NCBI GenBank assembly: GCA_001644455.1 | Contig: LSTF01000001.1 | Location: 13,109 to 77,108, forward strand | Length of the DNA: 64,000 bases | DNA from: Betaproteobacteria bacterium SCGC AG-212-J23 | GTDB lineage: Bacteria; Pseudomonadota; Gammaproteobacteria; Burkholderiales; SG8-39 | Direction of reading: 5' to 3' | Part shown: positions 26,329 through 35,669 of the stretch, one piece after another | How positions within the stretch are numbered: the stretch's first letter is position 1 | How the letters are laid out: every line of letters starts with the position of its first letter | The notes under the pieces: model-generated | The model's database searches: none | What the model saw: the letters and a program-made list of their open reading frames with translations, nothing else | What the model was told of the DNA's origin: nothing | Translations under genes and position numbers: made by a program

Positions 26329-26742
26329 CTAGGGCTCCTTGGGAATATCGACGGCGATCCACACCGCCGCGACGCCCTGGCGGTTCTCGGCCCAGTGCGT
26401 GGTGTCCTTGCCTTCGGCGATGCCTTCGCCGGCTTTGACCACGCGCGGCGGCTTGCCTTCCTCGTGGTAGATCACCTCGCCCTGCAGGAAGTAGCTCACC
26501 GTCGGCCGGTCCTTGTGGCTGTGCAGGCCGATCACGCCGCCGGGCAGCAGCATGATCTTGCGCATGCGCAGCGGCCGGCCCTTCACCGAGTCGATCTCCT
26601 CGCTCAAGTCGAGCGAGCGCAGCTTGTCGGCGCTGAGGCCCTTGTTCTCCGTGGGCGCCTTCATCTGGCCGACGGCGATGCCGGCGGCGAAGCCGAGCGC
26701 GAGCGCGGATGCAACGGCGAGTATTGCTTTGCTGCGGGTCAT
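26329..26742 (-). CDS. Secreted cupin domain protein
   Basis: RBS GGAGGA, signal peptide, PGGVIGLHSH..QGE..HWAEN. Confidence 0.85.
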   Translation of the reverse strand: MTRSKAILAVASALALGFAAGIAVGQMKAPTENKGLSADKLRSLDLSEEIDSVKGRPLRMRKIMLLPGGVIGLHSHKDRPTVSYFLQGEVIYHEEGKPPRVVKAGEGIAEGKDTTHWAENRQGVAAVWIAVDIPKEP

Positions 26743-26809
26743 GGTGGTTCCTCCGTCCACCATTTTCCCAGCGCGCGGCGCGCTTGGGCGACGATTTCGC
26801 GGCCCCGGA

Positions 26810-27637
26810 CTATTTCCTCACGCCGATCGTCACCAAGTACTCGCGCGGCATCGCCACGCCGAGCTCGGTGCGAAAGCCATCGTGGAAGGCGGCGAAGTCG
26901 CGCTGCAGCTCCTTGCGCCGCGCGGCGTCGAGCGAAGCGGCGAGCATCTTGGTCGGCCCGTAGGACTCGACGAAGAGGTCCCACACCGCCTGGCCGCTCG
27001 GCTCGCGCAGCGTGCTGATGCCGGTCTCGAAGTGCAGGTCGAAGGCACCGCCGAGCAGTTCGTGCACGCGCTGCGTGCTGCCCCAGGCGAAGGGCGAGGG
27101 CGGAGGCGTGCCCGCGGGCGCGGCCATGTAGGGTTTCATCGTCTTGAAGACGCCGGCGAGGGTGCCCTCCACCGCCCAGGTGGCGAGTGCGAGGCGACCG
27201 CCCTTTTTCGTGACACGCGCGAGTTCCGCTGCGGCGGCCTCGGGTTTCGAACAGAACATCACGCCGAAGGTCGAGATTGTGGCGTCGAAGCTCGCGTCGC
27301 CGAAGGGCAGCGCCTCCGCGTCGCCGACGTGAAAGCCGATGCGTAGCCGCGCCTCGGCGGCGAGCGCTTTGGCGGCGTCGATCAGATCGGCGTGCAGGTC
27401 GAGCCCGTCGACCGTGGCGCCGCGCGCAGCGGCGAGGCGCGCCGCCCAGCCGGTGCCGGTGGCAACGTCGAGCACGCGCTCGCCGGCTTTCGGCGCGAGG
27501 CGCGCGACGGCGTGCTCGATAGCGTCGGCGATGGTGTGGCTGATGCGGTCGTAGTGGCGGCCGCCCGAGCCCCAGGTGGCGGCGGCCTTGGCGTTGTGCG
27601 GCAGGACGGCTTGCTTCTCGAGCGTGGCGGTGTTCAT
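26810..27637 (-). CDS. Class I SAM-dependent methyltransferase
   Basis: VLDVATGTG, GDAEALPFGDASFD, STFGVMF. Confidence 0.92.
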   Translation of the reverse strand: MNTATLEKQAVLPHNAKAAATWGSGGRHYDRISHTIADAIEHAVARLAPKAGERVLDVATGTGWAARLAAARGATVDGLDLHADLIDAAKALAAEARLRIGFHVGDAEALPFGDASFDATISTFGVMFCSKPEAAAAELARVTKKGGRLALATWAVEGTLAGVFKTMKPYMAAPAGTPPPSPFAWGSTQRVHELLGGAFDLHFETGISTLREPSGQAVWDLFVESYGPTKMLAASLDAARRKELQRDFAAFHDGFRTELGVAMPREYLVTIGVRK

Positions 27638-27694
27638 GGCGTTTCCTTGTGTGGGTGACGCCAGCAGTGTCCGCGCGGACTGTGCTGCGGACCA

Positions 27695-27740
27695 TGGGAG
27701 CGCGGTCCCGCCATCCCGCCGCGGTAGGACCGGAGTCCTA
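27695..27740. promoter_or_regulatory. Tandem palindromic operator candidates upstream of the methyltransferase
   Basis: TGGGAGCGCGGTCCCG (27695-27710) and perfect TAGGAC-CGGA-GTCCTA (27725-27740), 30 bp apart. Confidence 0.5.
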
Positions 27741-28799
27741 TTTCCCCAGGGCGAGGACGATCAGCTGCGCCCGGGTCTCGACCTCGAGCTTGGCGAAGAT
27801 GCTGGTGATGTGGTTGCGCACCGTCTTCTCGGAGAGCTCGAGGCGCGCGGCGATCTGCGCGTTGTCGAGGCCCTGCGCGATGAGCTGCGCCAGCTCGCGC
27901 TCGCGCGGCGTGAGGCCGGCAAGCCCCGCGCCCTCGGCACGCGCCGGCGCCGCATCGCCGAGGAAGCCGAGCACCTCGCCGAACCAGCGCTCGTAGCCCG
28001 GCTCGGTCTCGAGCAGCAGGTGGTTGCGGCTGTCGATGGACACGAAATGCGCGCCCGGGACGAGGCTTGCCACCAGGCGGCCTTCCTCGAACGGCACGCG
28101 CGCGTCGTGCTGGGAATGCAGCACCAGGGTCGGGCAGGCGATGCGCGGCGCGAGCGTGGAAACGTCGATCTCGAGCAGCACGGAGAAGAAGCGCGCGGCG
28201 ATGTGCGGCGCGGTGCACACCCGCGCCAGCTCGTTGAACCACTGGTGCTGCTCCGGCGTGCCGCCGGGGATGAACTGGGTGGTGAAGAACTGGCGGAACG
28301 CCGGGTTCTCCTTGCCCCAGCCGATCTCGATCAGCTTGCGCATGGTCTCGGCCTCCTCACGCTGCTGCGGCGGGGAATCGCGCTTGAGGAAGCCGCGTGC
28401 GTAGGCCCCGCCGAGGACGAGGCGGCTGACGCGCTCGGGATGGCGCACCGCGTAGGCGATGGCGACCGGCGCGCCCTGCGACATGCCGAGCAGCGGAAAG
28501 CGCTCGAGCCCCGCCGCGTTGACCACCGTTTCCAGGTCCTCCACCCAGGCGTCGAAGGAGAGCGCCGCGTCCCAGTCCGACAGGCCGCAGCCGCGCGAGT
28601 CGTAGCGCACCAGCGTGTGGCTGCGCGTCATGCGCTCCAGCCAGCCGCGCCAGACCGGACTTTGCCACTGGTACTCGAGGTGCGTCAGCCAGCTCGCCGC
28701 CATAACGAGCGGCGGGCCTTTGCCCGCGGTCGCATACGCCAGCCGCACGCCATCGGCGGCAGTGCAGAAGCTGATCTGCTGGGCTACCACTTTCCCCAC
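27738..28799 (-). CDS. Alpha/beta-hydrolase-fold / LuxR HTH transcriptional regulator
   Basis: RYDSRGCGLS, GMSQG, C-terminal LTPRERE..NAQIAARLELSEKTVRNHIT. Confidence 0.92.
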   Translation of the reverse strand: MGKVVAQQISFCTAADGVRLAYATAGKGPPLVMAASWLTHLEYQWQSPVWRGWLERMTRSHTLVRYDSRGCGLSDWDAALSFDAWVEDLETVVNAAGLERFPLLGMSQGAPVAIAYAVRHPERVSRLVLGGAYARGFLKRDSPPQQREEAETMRKLIEIGWGKENPAFRQFFTTQFIPGGTPEQHQWFNELARVCTAPHIAARFFSVLLEIDVSTLAPRIACPTLVLHSQHDARVPFEEGRLVASLVPGAHFVSIDSRNHLLLETEPGYERWFGEVLGFLGDAAPARAEGAGLAGLTPRERELAQLIAQGLDNAQIAARLELSEKTVRNHITSIFAKLEVETRAQLIVLALGK

Positions 28800-29176
28800 G
28801 CGCCGTACGGTTTGGTGATGATCTCGAGCAGGTGGCCGCTCAGGTCCTGGAAATAGACGCCGCGACCGCCGTAGTGGCGGTTGATTTCACCTTCCTGCTT
28901 CATTCCGGGGTCGGCCCAGTACTTGAGCTTGCGCTTCTGGATGCGGGCGAAGATGGCGTCGAACTCCTCCTCGCTCACCAGGAACGCATAGTGCTGCATC
29001 TGCACGTCCATGCCTTCCGCGGCGAGGAAGGCGAGCGTCACCTCGTTGCCGAGCTCGACATCGAGAAACGGGCCGAAGGACTTCGGCGCGGGCAGGCCGA
29101 ACAGGCCGGCGAAGAACTGGGCGGCCGCGTCGGGGTCGGTCGAATGAACGATGGTGTGGTTCAGCTTGATGGCCAT
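28784..29176 (-). CDS. VOC/glyoxalase family protein
   Basis: LNHTIV, QHYAFLV, GRGVYFQDLSGHLLEI. Confidence 0.9.
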   Translation of the reverse strand: MAIKLNHTIVHSTDPDAAAQFFAGLFGLPAPKSFGPFLDVELGNEVTLAFLAAEGMDVQMQHYAFLVSEEEFDAIFARIQKRKLKYWADPGMKQEGEINRHYGGRGVYFQDLSGHLLEIITKPYGAWGKW

Positions 29177-29206
29177 GGCGCTATCGTAAAACTACTATGA
29201 TGGGCG

Positions 29207-29458
29207 ATGAAGAATTCCGACGTGCCGATGATGACGCTGCGCCGCGCGGTGCAGCTGTGCAACGGGGTGGATGCGCTGAGCGACGCGCTCAACGTGTCGA
29301 CCGACCGGCTGGAGAAGATGCTGGCGGGCGAGGAGGAGGTGCCGCTCGCCACGTTCACCCAGGCGGTGGGGCTGCTGCTGGAGGCGACGACGACGCGCTC
29401 GCCGAAGCGCGGCAAGCCGGACTCGAACGAGGGCGGGCGCAAGGGCCCGCGGCACTGA
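29207..29458 (+). CDS. Small hypothetical protein, possible Cro-like HTH
   Basis: LRRAVQLCNGVDALSDALNVSTDRLEKMLAGE pattern; host-like codons. Confidence 0.6.
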   Translation: MKNSDVPMMTLRRAVQLCNGVDALSDALNVSTDRLEKMLAGEEEVPLATFTQAVGLLLEATTTRSPKRGKPDSNEGGRKGPRH

Positions 29459-29478
29459 GCTAGACTGAAAACGATCCG

Positions 29479-30900
29479 ATGAACAAGCTCGCCACCCTTT
29501 TTTCACTCGCGCGCCGGACGGCGGCGCCGAAAGCGCCCGCTTCGGACCTGCCGCCGCTGCAGATGCTGGACCATCGCCAGGTGCCCGTGATCATCAACAG
29601 TTTCAACCGGCTCGGCTCGCTGCGCCGGTTGGTGGGTTGGCTCCTGCGGGCCGGGCAGGAGAAGCTCGTCATCATCGACAATGCCTCGCGCTACCAGCCG
29701 CTGCTCGATTACCTCACCGCCCTCGAAGCGGCGCGCCAGGCCACGATCGTCCGACTCGATGGGAATTACGGGCACAAGGCCCTGTGGGAACGCGGGCTGC
29801 TGTCGCAGCTCGGCATCGAGACGGAATACGTCTACACCGATCCCGACGTGGTGCCCTGCGATTTCTGCCCGACGGGCGCGATCAGGTTCCTGCAGGCGGT
29901 GCTCGCCAGCGAGCCCAGGATTGCCCGCGTCGGGCTGGGCCTGCGCCTCGACGACCTGCCCGACACCTATCGGCACAAGCGCGAGGCGATCGATTGGGAG
30001 CGCCATTTCTGGCTGAAGCCGGCGGCGCGCGGCCTCTTCTTCGCCAAGGTCGACACGACCTTCGCCCTCTACCGCCCGCGCCGCGGCTTCGACTTCGAGC
30101 TCCCGGCGCTGCGCACCGGCTGGCCCTATCTCGCCGCCCACGAAGGCTGGTACCTCGACAGCGGGCGCCCGAGCGACGAGGACCTCGTCTATAGCCGGGA
30201 GGCGTCGCCCAAAGTGACGTGCTGGTCGGCCGCGGAGCTGCCGTCCGGGCTCGGCGAGGCCTCGCGGAGGGAAGCGGCCCGGCATCCGCGCGTTCTTCAC
30301 CTCGGCTCGGGCCGCGATCTCCTGCCCGGCTATATCAATATCGATGACGCGGCCGTCGGCGCCGATATCCGCTTCGACCTCGATCGCTGCCGGGCGGAGC
30401 GATTGCCGCTCGCGGACGATTCGGTCGACGGCATGTACGGTTGCCACGTCTTCGAGCACGTGAGGGACACGCTGGCGCTCATGGCCGAGCTGCACCGGGT
30501 CGCGAAGCCGGACGCGCGGCTGATCCTGCGCCTGCCCTATGGGTCGAGCGACGACGCCGTCGAGGACCCGACGCATGCGCGGCCCTATTTCGAAGGCAGC
30601 TTCGTCTATTTCGGCCAGCCCGCCTATTCGCGCGCCGACTACGGCTACCGCGGCGACTGGGCGATCGAGAGCGTGAAACTGGTGCTGCCGCGCGAGCTCG
30701 CGGAGCGGGGCGCAGGCGAGCTGCGCCAGATGATCAGGGAGCGGCGCAACGTGGTGCAGGAGATGATCGTCCATCTGCGCGCCGTGAAGCCGCCGCGGCC
30801 CGCGCGCCTCGATCTGCTGCAATGGCCGGCACCCGAAATCGTCTTCAGCCGGCTCGACTGGGATGGCGGGTTTCTACCCGGCGAGAGCGCGTCGGCCTGA
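29479..30900 (+). CDS. Glycosyltransferase family 2-like / SAM-methyltransferase fusion
   Basis: IINSFNR, IIDNAS, YTDPD (DxD); then LHLGSG..YINID..HVFEH..LHRVAKP..DPTH. Confidence 0.8.
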   Translation: MNKLATLFSLARRTAAPKAPASDLPPLQMLDHRQVPVIINSFNRLGSLRRLVGWLLRAGQEKLVIIDNASRYQPLLDYLTALEAARQATIVRLDGNYGHKALWERGLLSQLGIETEYVYTDPDVVPCDFCPTGAIRFLQAVLASEPRIARVGLGLRLDDLPDTYRHKREAIDWERHFWLKPAARGLFFAKVDTTFALYRPRRGFDFELPALRTGWPYLAAHEGWYLDSGRPSDEDLVYSREASPKVTCWSAAELPSGLGEASRREAARHPRVLHLGSGRDLLPGYINIDDAAVGADIRFDLDRCRAERLPLADDSVDGMYGCHVFEHVRDTLALMAELHRVAKPDARLILRLPYGSSDDAVEDPTHARPYFEGSFVYFGQPAYSRADYGYRGDWAIESVKLVLPRELAERGAGELRQMIRERRNVVQEMIVHLRAVKPPRPARLDLLQWPAPEIVFSRLDWDGGFLPGESASA

Positions 30901-30930
30901 TAGACTTTCTCCGAGGAGAGTGAATCACCC

Positions 30931-31887
30931 ATGACGTACCGTCCGTTCGTCGCCGTGATGGTGCTGGCGCTGTTCGCCGTTTCGGCCGAGGCGCAATACC
31001 CGAACCGCCCCATCCGCCTGATCGTCCCGGCCGCTCCCGGCGGCGGCACCGACATCACCACGCGCGGCTTCGCGCCTGCCCTGCAGGAGCAGCTCGGCCA
31101 GCCGGTGGTGATCGAGAACCGCGGCGGCGCGGGCGGCGTGGTCGGCAGCGACGTGGTGGCGAAGGCCGCGCCCGACGGCTACACGCTGCTCATGGTCTAC
31201 ATCAGCCACGCCACCAACCCGACGCTGGTCGACAAGCTGCCCTATGACACGCTGCGCGACTTCACGCCGATCACGCTGGTCTCGCAAGAGCCGACCGTGC
31301 TGGTGACGAATCCCTCGGTGCCGGCCAGCTCGCTCGCCGAGTTCACCGCCTGGGCAAAGCCGCAGGGCGACAAGCTCTCCTACGCCACCGACCCGGGCAG
31401 CGCGGGCTTCCTCGCCGCCGAGCTCTACAAGCAGCTCGCCGGCGTGAAGGCGACCTACATCCCCTACAAGGGCTCGGGTCCCGCCGCCGCCGACGTGCTC
31501 GCCGGGCACGTGCCCTACATGTGGTCGGTGATCTCGATCATCACGCCGCACGTCAAGTCCGGACGGATGAAAGGGCTCGCCATCGCCGCCGAGAAGCGCG
31601 CGCCGGGGCTGCCCGACGTGCCGACCACCGCCGAAGCCGGGATGAAGGATTTCGCGGTGGGCGGCTGGTACGGCCTGGTCGGGCCGGCGAAGCTGCCGAA
31701 GGAGATCGTCGACAAGGTCAACGCCGCGGCGCTGAAAGCGCTGAAGGACGAGAAGGTCATCGAGCGCCTCGCGGCCGGGGGCTCGCAGCCGATCGGCGCC
31801 GGCCCGGCCGAGTTCGACGCGCACATCCGGCGCGAGATCGAGCGCTGGAACAAGGTGCTCAAGACCGCGGGGATCCAGCTGAAGTGA
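30931..31887 (+). CDS. Bug/TctC substrate-binding protein
   Basis: YPNRPIRLIVPAAPGGGTD, ENRGGAGG, PYKGSG. Confidence 0.93.
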   Translation: MTYRPFVAVMVLALFAVSAEAQYPNRPIRLIVPAAPGGGTDITTRGFAPALQEQLGQPVVIENRGGAGGVVGSDVVAKAAPDGYTLLMVYISHATNPTLVDKLPYDTLRDFTPITLVSQEPTVLVTNPSVPASSLAEFTAWAKPQGDKLSYATDPGSAGFLAAELYKQLAGVKATYIPYKGSGPAAADVLAGHVPYMWSVISIITPHVKSGRMKGLAIAAEKRAPGLPDVPTTAEAGMKDFAVGGWYGLVGPAKLPKEIVDKVNAAALKALKDEKVIERLAAGGSQPIGAGPAEFDAHIRREIERWNKVLKTAGIQLK

Positions 31888-32939
31888 GCGAGGCGACGCC
31901 GGCGCATCACAGTTACGAGGAAGGCCGGCGCTTCGTGCGGCGCCTGTACGGGCCGCGGATCATCGGCTTCCTGCTCGGCACACTCTGCATCGGCGGCGGG
32001 CTGTGGGAGGTCGGCGCGCCGCAGTGGGTCTGGGCCCTGCTCGCGTTGCACGGGTTCGGCTGGCCGCACCTCGCTTACGCGATCGCGGTGCGCAGCCGCG
32101 ATCCCGGCCGCGCCGAGCTGCGCAACCTGCTGCTCGACTCCTTCGGCGGCGGCGTGTGGATCGCGGCGATGAATTTCAACCTCGCGCCGAGCGTGATCAT
32201 CGTCGCGATGCAGGCGATGGACAAGGCGGCGATCGGCGGCCCCCGGCTCCTGGGGCGCTGCGTGCTGGCCCAGCTCGCCGCCGCCGTCGCGGTGGCGGTC
32301 CTTTTCCAGATCGAGCCGCAGGTCATCCTCTCCGGGCCGGTGGCGCGGCTCGCGAGCGCGCCGCTGCTGTTCATCTTTCCCATCATGGTCGGCCTGACCG
32401 CCTACCAGCTGTCGCGACGCGTGCGCCAGCAGAACCGCGAGCTCGCGGCGCTGTCGCGCACCGACGGCCTGACGCGCCTGCCCAACCACACCGCGTGGCT
32501 CGAGGCGGTGGAGCGTGAATTCGCGCGCGCCAAGCGCGAGGGGTCGTCGATGTCGGTGCTGATGATCGACCTCGACCACTTCAAGGCGACCAACGACAAG
32601 CACGGCCACCCGGCCGGGGACGAGGTGCTGCGCGGCGTGGCCGAGGTGCTGCAGGAGGCCCTGCGGCTGCACGACGTGCCCGGCCGCTACGGCGGCGAGG
32701 AGTTCGGGGTGCTGCTGCCCGGCAGCGACCTGTCCGCCGCCGAGGCGATCGCCGAGCGCGTGCGCCGGAAAATCGAGTGGGCGTCGTTCGCCGGGGACGT
32801 CAAGGCCACGGCGAGCATCGGCTGCGCGACGCTCGACGAGAAGGACCTGTTTGCCGCCTCGCTGGTCGCCCGCGCCGACCGCGCCCTGTACGCCGCCAAG
32901 GCGGCGGGGCGCAACCGCGCCATGCGCGAAGCAGCCTGA
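31884..32939 (+). CDS. MASE2-GGDEF diguanylate cyclase (AdrA/DgcC-like)
   Basis: RFVRRLYGPRIIG..GWPHLAY..AELRNLLLD membrane domain; DLDHFK, GRYGGEEF. Confidence 0.88.
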   Translation: MSEATPAHHSYEEGRRFVRRLYGPRIIGFLLGTLCIGGGLWEVGAPQWVWALLALHGFGWPHLAYAIAVRSRDPGRAELRNLLLDSFGGGVWIAAMNFNLAPSVIIVAMQAMDKAAIGGPRLLGRCVLAQLAAAVAVAVLFQIEPQVILSGPVARLASAPLLFIFPIMVGLTAYQLSRRVRQQNRELAALSRTDGLTRLPNHTAWLEAVEREFARAKREGSSMSVLMIDLDHFKATNDKHGHPAGDEVLRGVAEVLQEALRLHDVPGRYGGEEFGVLLPGSDLSAAEAIAERVRRKIEWASFAGDVKATASIGCATLDEKDLFAASLVARADRALYAAKAAGRNRAMREAA

Positions 32940-32977
32940 GGGCCGCCTGAGGTAGACTTCCTCGCAGAGGAGGAATC

Positions 32978-34261
32978 ATGACTTTCATTCGACCGTTGGC
33001 CGCCATGGCCGCGCTGGCGCTCGCCGTCGCCGCGCAGGCGCAGCAGAAGGAAATCAAGATCGGCTTCATCTACGACGTGAGCGGCCCGTTCGCGGGCGGG
33101 GGCTCCGAGCCGGCGCAGATCGGCACCAAGGCGATCGTCGACTACGTCAACGAGCACGGCGGCGTCGCCGGCTACAAGATCGTGCCGATCTTCGCCGACG
33201 CGCAGTCCAAGGTCGACGTGGCGATCAACGAGATGACCCGCCTCATCGACCAGGAGAAGGTCGACATCATCAGCGGCGTGTACTCGAGCGCGCAGTGCGT
33301 GCCGATGGTGCAGCAGGCCGACGCGCGCAAGAAGTTCACCTGGCTCAACGTCTGCGTCGCCACCGCGGTGTTCAAGGACAAGAAGCTGCAGTACGTGTTC
33401 CGCCCGCAGGCGCACTCCGACCAGTTCGGCGCCTGGTCGTGCGACTACATCACTCACTATGCCAAGTCGAAGTTCGGCACCGATCCCAAGAACCTGCGGG
33501 TGGCGATCATCCACGAGGACGGCCCGTACGGCGTCGGCGTCGCCGCGGGCAACGAGGCGCAGTGCAAGAAGGACGGCCTCAACATCGTGCTGAAGGAAGG
33601 CTACTCGGCGACCGCGCCGGACCTCTCCAGCCTGGTCACCAAGCTGAAGCGCGCGCGGCCCGACGTGCTGCTGCACACCGGGTACAACCCGGACATCACG
33701 CTTTTCCTGCGCCAGGCGAAGGAGCAGGGCCTGAAGTTCAAGGCGGTGATCGGCCATGGCGCCGGCCACAGCCAGTTCGACAAGCTCTCGCAGACCTTCG
33801 GCAAGGACGTGAACTACTTCCACACCATCGACCCGGCGGCGGCGCAGCTGCTCGACCCGAAGACGCTCAAGCCCGGCGTATGGGCGATGACGCAGGAGAT
33901 GGTGAAGCGCTACCAGGCGGTGAAGGGCCCGGGCGAGCTGCCGCCGCACGTGTCGATGGGCTTCAACAACACCTGGATCCTGCTGAACGACGTGCTGCCG
34001 CGCGCGATCAAGAAGTACGGCGGCTTCGACTCCGAGTCGCTGCGCAAGGCCGCGCTCGAGACCGACATCCCGGTGGGCGGCACGATGCAGGGCTACGGCG
34101 TCAAGTTCTACCCGCCCGGGCATCCGCTCGCCGGGCAGAACGAGCGCGCCTTCCCGGTGGTGATGCAGTTCGTCGACGGCAAGGCGCGCATCGTCTGGCC
34201 GATGGCGATCGCCTCCGAGCCGGTGCTGCCCTTCCCGAAGGGCCACGCCTACGCCCCATAG
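32978..34261 (+). CDS. Liv-type ABC transporter substrate-binding protein
   Basis: Signal peptide, IKIGFIYDVSGPFA, HEDGPYG; heads an ABC operon. Confidence 0.9.
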   Translation: MTFIRPLAAMAALALAVAAQAQQKEIKIGFIYDVSGPFAGGGSEPAQIGTKAIVDYVNEHGGVAGYKIVPIFADAQSKVDVAINEMTRLIDQEKVDIISGVYSSAQCVPMVQQADARKKFTWLNVCVATAVFKDKKLQYVFRPQAHSDQFGAWSCDYITHYAKSKFGTDPKNLRVAIIHEDGPYGVGVAAGNEAQCKKDGLNIVLKEGYSATAPDLSSLVTKLKRARPDVLLHTGYNPDITLFLRQAKEQGLKFKAVIGHGAGHSQFDKLSQTFGKDVNYFHTIDPAAAQLLDPKTLKPGVWAMTQEMVKRYQAVKGPGELPPHVSMGFNNTWILLNDVLPRAIKKYGGFDSESLRKAALETDIPVGGTMQGYGVKFYPPGHPLAGQNERAFPVVMQFVDGKARIVWPMAIASEPVLPFPKGHAYAP

Positions 34262-34984
34262 GTGTTCCTACAAGTCTCAAAACTCACCAAGAGATTTGGC
34301 GGGTTTACTGCGGTAAGCGACGTTTCGTTCGAGGTGGCCGAGGGCGAGATCCTCGGCCTCATCGGCCCGAACGGCTCGGGGAAGAGCACCACCTTCAACC
34401 TCATCGCCGGCGCGCTGAAGCCCGACGCGGGCTCGGTGCGCTTTCGCGGCGACGAGGTCGGCGGGCTGCCGGCGTACCGCGTCGCGCACGCCGGCATCGG
34501 CCGCACCTACCAGATCCCGCGGCCGTTCAAGAAGCTCTCGCTCCTCGAGAACGTCGCGCTCGCCGCGTTCTACGGCGCGAACTCCCGCCTTTCCCGTGAG
34601 AAGGCATTCGAGCTCGCGAAGGATTCCCTGAAACTAGTTGGGTTACAGGAAACGAAAGTGGAAGGCTTGGGCGCGTCGGCGCTGAAGAAGCTCGAGCTCG
34701 CCCGCGCGCTCGCCACGCAGCCCAAGCTGCTGCTCGCCGACGAGTCGCTCGGCGGCCTCGACCACGCGGAGATGGACGGCGCGGCCGACATGCTGGCGCG
34801 GATCCGCGCCGAGCGCGGCGTCACCATCGTCTGGGTCGAGCACATCATGGGCGTGCTGATGCGCGTCGTCGATCGCTGCGTGGTGCTCGACCACGGCGTG
34901 GTGATCGCCCAGGGCAAGCCGGCCGACGTCGCGAAGGACGCGAAGGTCATCGAGGTGTACCTGGGGACCGATGCTTTCGCTTAG
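34262..34984 (+). CDS. ABC ATP-binding protein (LivG-like)
   Basis: GPNGSGKST, LLADE, WVEH. Confidence 0.93.
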   Translation: MFLQVSKLTKRFGGFTAVSDVSFEVAEGEILGLIGPNGSGKSTTFNLIAGALKPDAGSVRFRGDEVGGLPAYRVAHAGIGRTYQIPRPFKKLSLLENVALAAFYGANSRLSREKAFELAKDSLKLVGLQETKVEGLGASALKKLELARALATQPKLLLADESLGGLDHAEMDGAADMLARIRAERGVTIVWVEHIMGVLMRVVDRCVVLDHGVVIAQGKPADVAKDAKVIEVYLGTDAFA

Positions 34985-35669
34985 CGACATTTCCGCCGCG
35001 TACGGCGGCTTCCAGGCGCTGTTCGGCGTCAGCCTCGAGGTGCGCGCCGGCGAATCGGTGGCGGTGATCGGCCCCAACGGTGCGGGCAAGACGACGCTGC
35101 TCCGCCTGATTTCCAAGCTGATCGAACCCACGCAGGGAACGATCTCATTTCAAGACAATTCCCTTGTGCATGTCCCTCCTCATCAGGTGGTGGGACGCGG
35201 CATTGCCCACGTGCCGGAGAACCGGCGGCTCTTCCCGCGCCTCACCGTCGAAGAGAACCTGCGCATGGGGGCATTCACCGCGCGCGAAAAATACCAGGAA
35301 CGACTTTCGCTGGTTTATGAATTGTTTCCCCGCATGAAAGAACGTCGCGCCCAGCCCGCGGGCACGCTCTCGGGCGGGGAGCAGCAGATGTGCGCCATCG
35401 GCCGCGCGCTCATGTCGGGGCCGAAGCTGCTCCTGCTCGACGAGCCCTCGGCCGGGCTCGCGCCGGTGGTGGTGCAGTCGATCTTCGAGCTGGTGAGGAA
35501 GATCTGCCGCGAGGGCTACACGGTGCTGATCGTCGAGCAGAACATCCGCCAGGTGCTGAAGGTCGTCGAGCGCGCGTACCTGCTCGAGGCGGGGAAGATC
35601 AAGATGCAGGGACCGTCGCAGGACTTCCTCCGGTCCGAAGAAATTCGCAAGGCCTACCTGGGGCTCTGA
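34971..35669 (+). CDS. ABC ATP-binding protein (LivF-like)
   Basis: GPNGAGKTT, LSGGEQQM, LLDEPS, IVEQN. Confidence 0.94.
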   Translation: MLSLSDISAAYGGFQALFGVSLEVRAGESVAVIGPNGAGKTTLLRLISKLIEPTQGTISFQDNSLVHVPPHQVVGRGIAHVPENRRLFPRLTVEENLRMGAFTAREKYQERLSLVYELFPRMKERRAQPAGTLSGGEQQMCAIGRALMSGPKLLLLDEPSAGLAPVVVQSIFELVRKICREGYTVLIVEQNIRQVLKVVERAYLLEAGKIKMQGPSQDFLRSEEIRKAYLGL

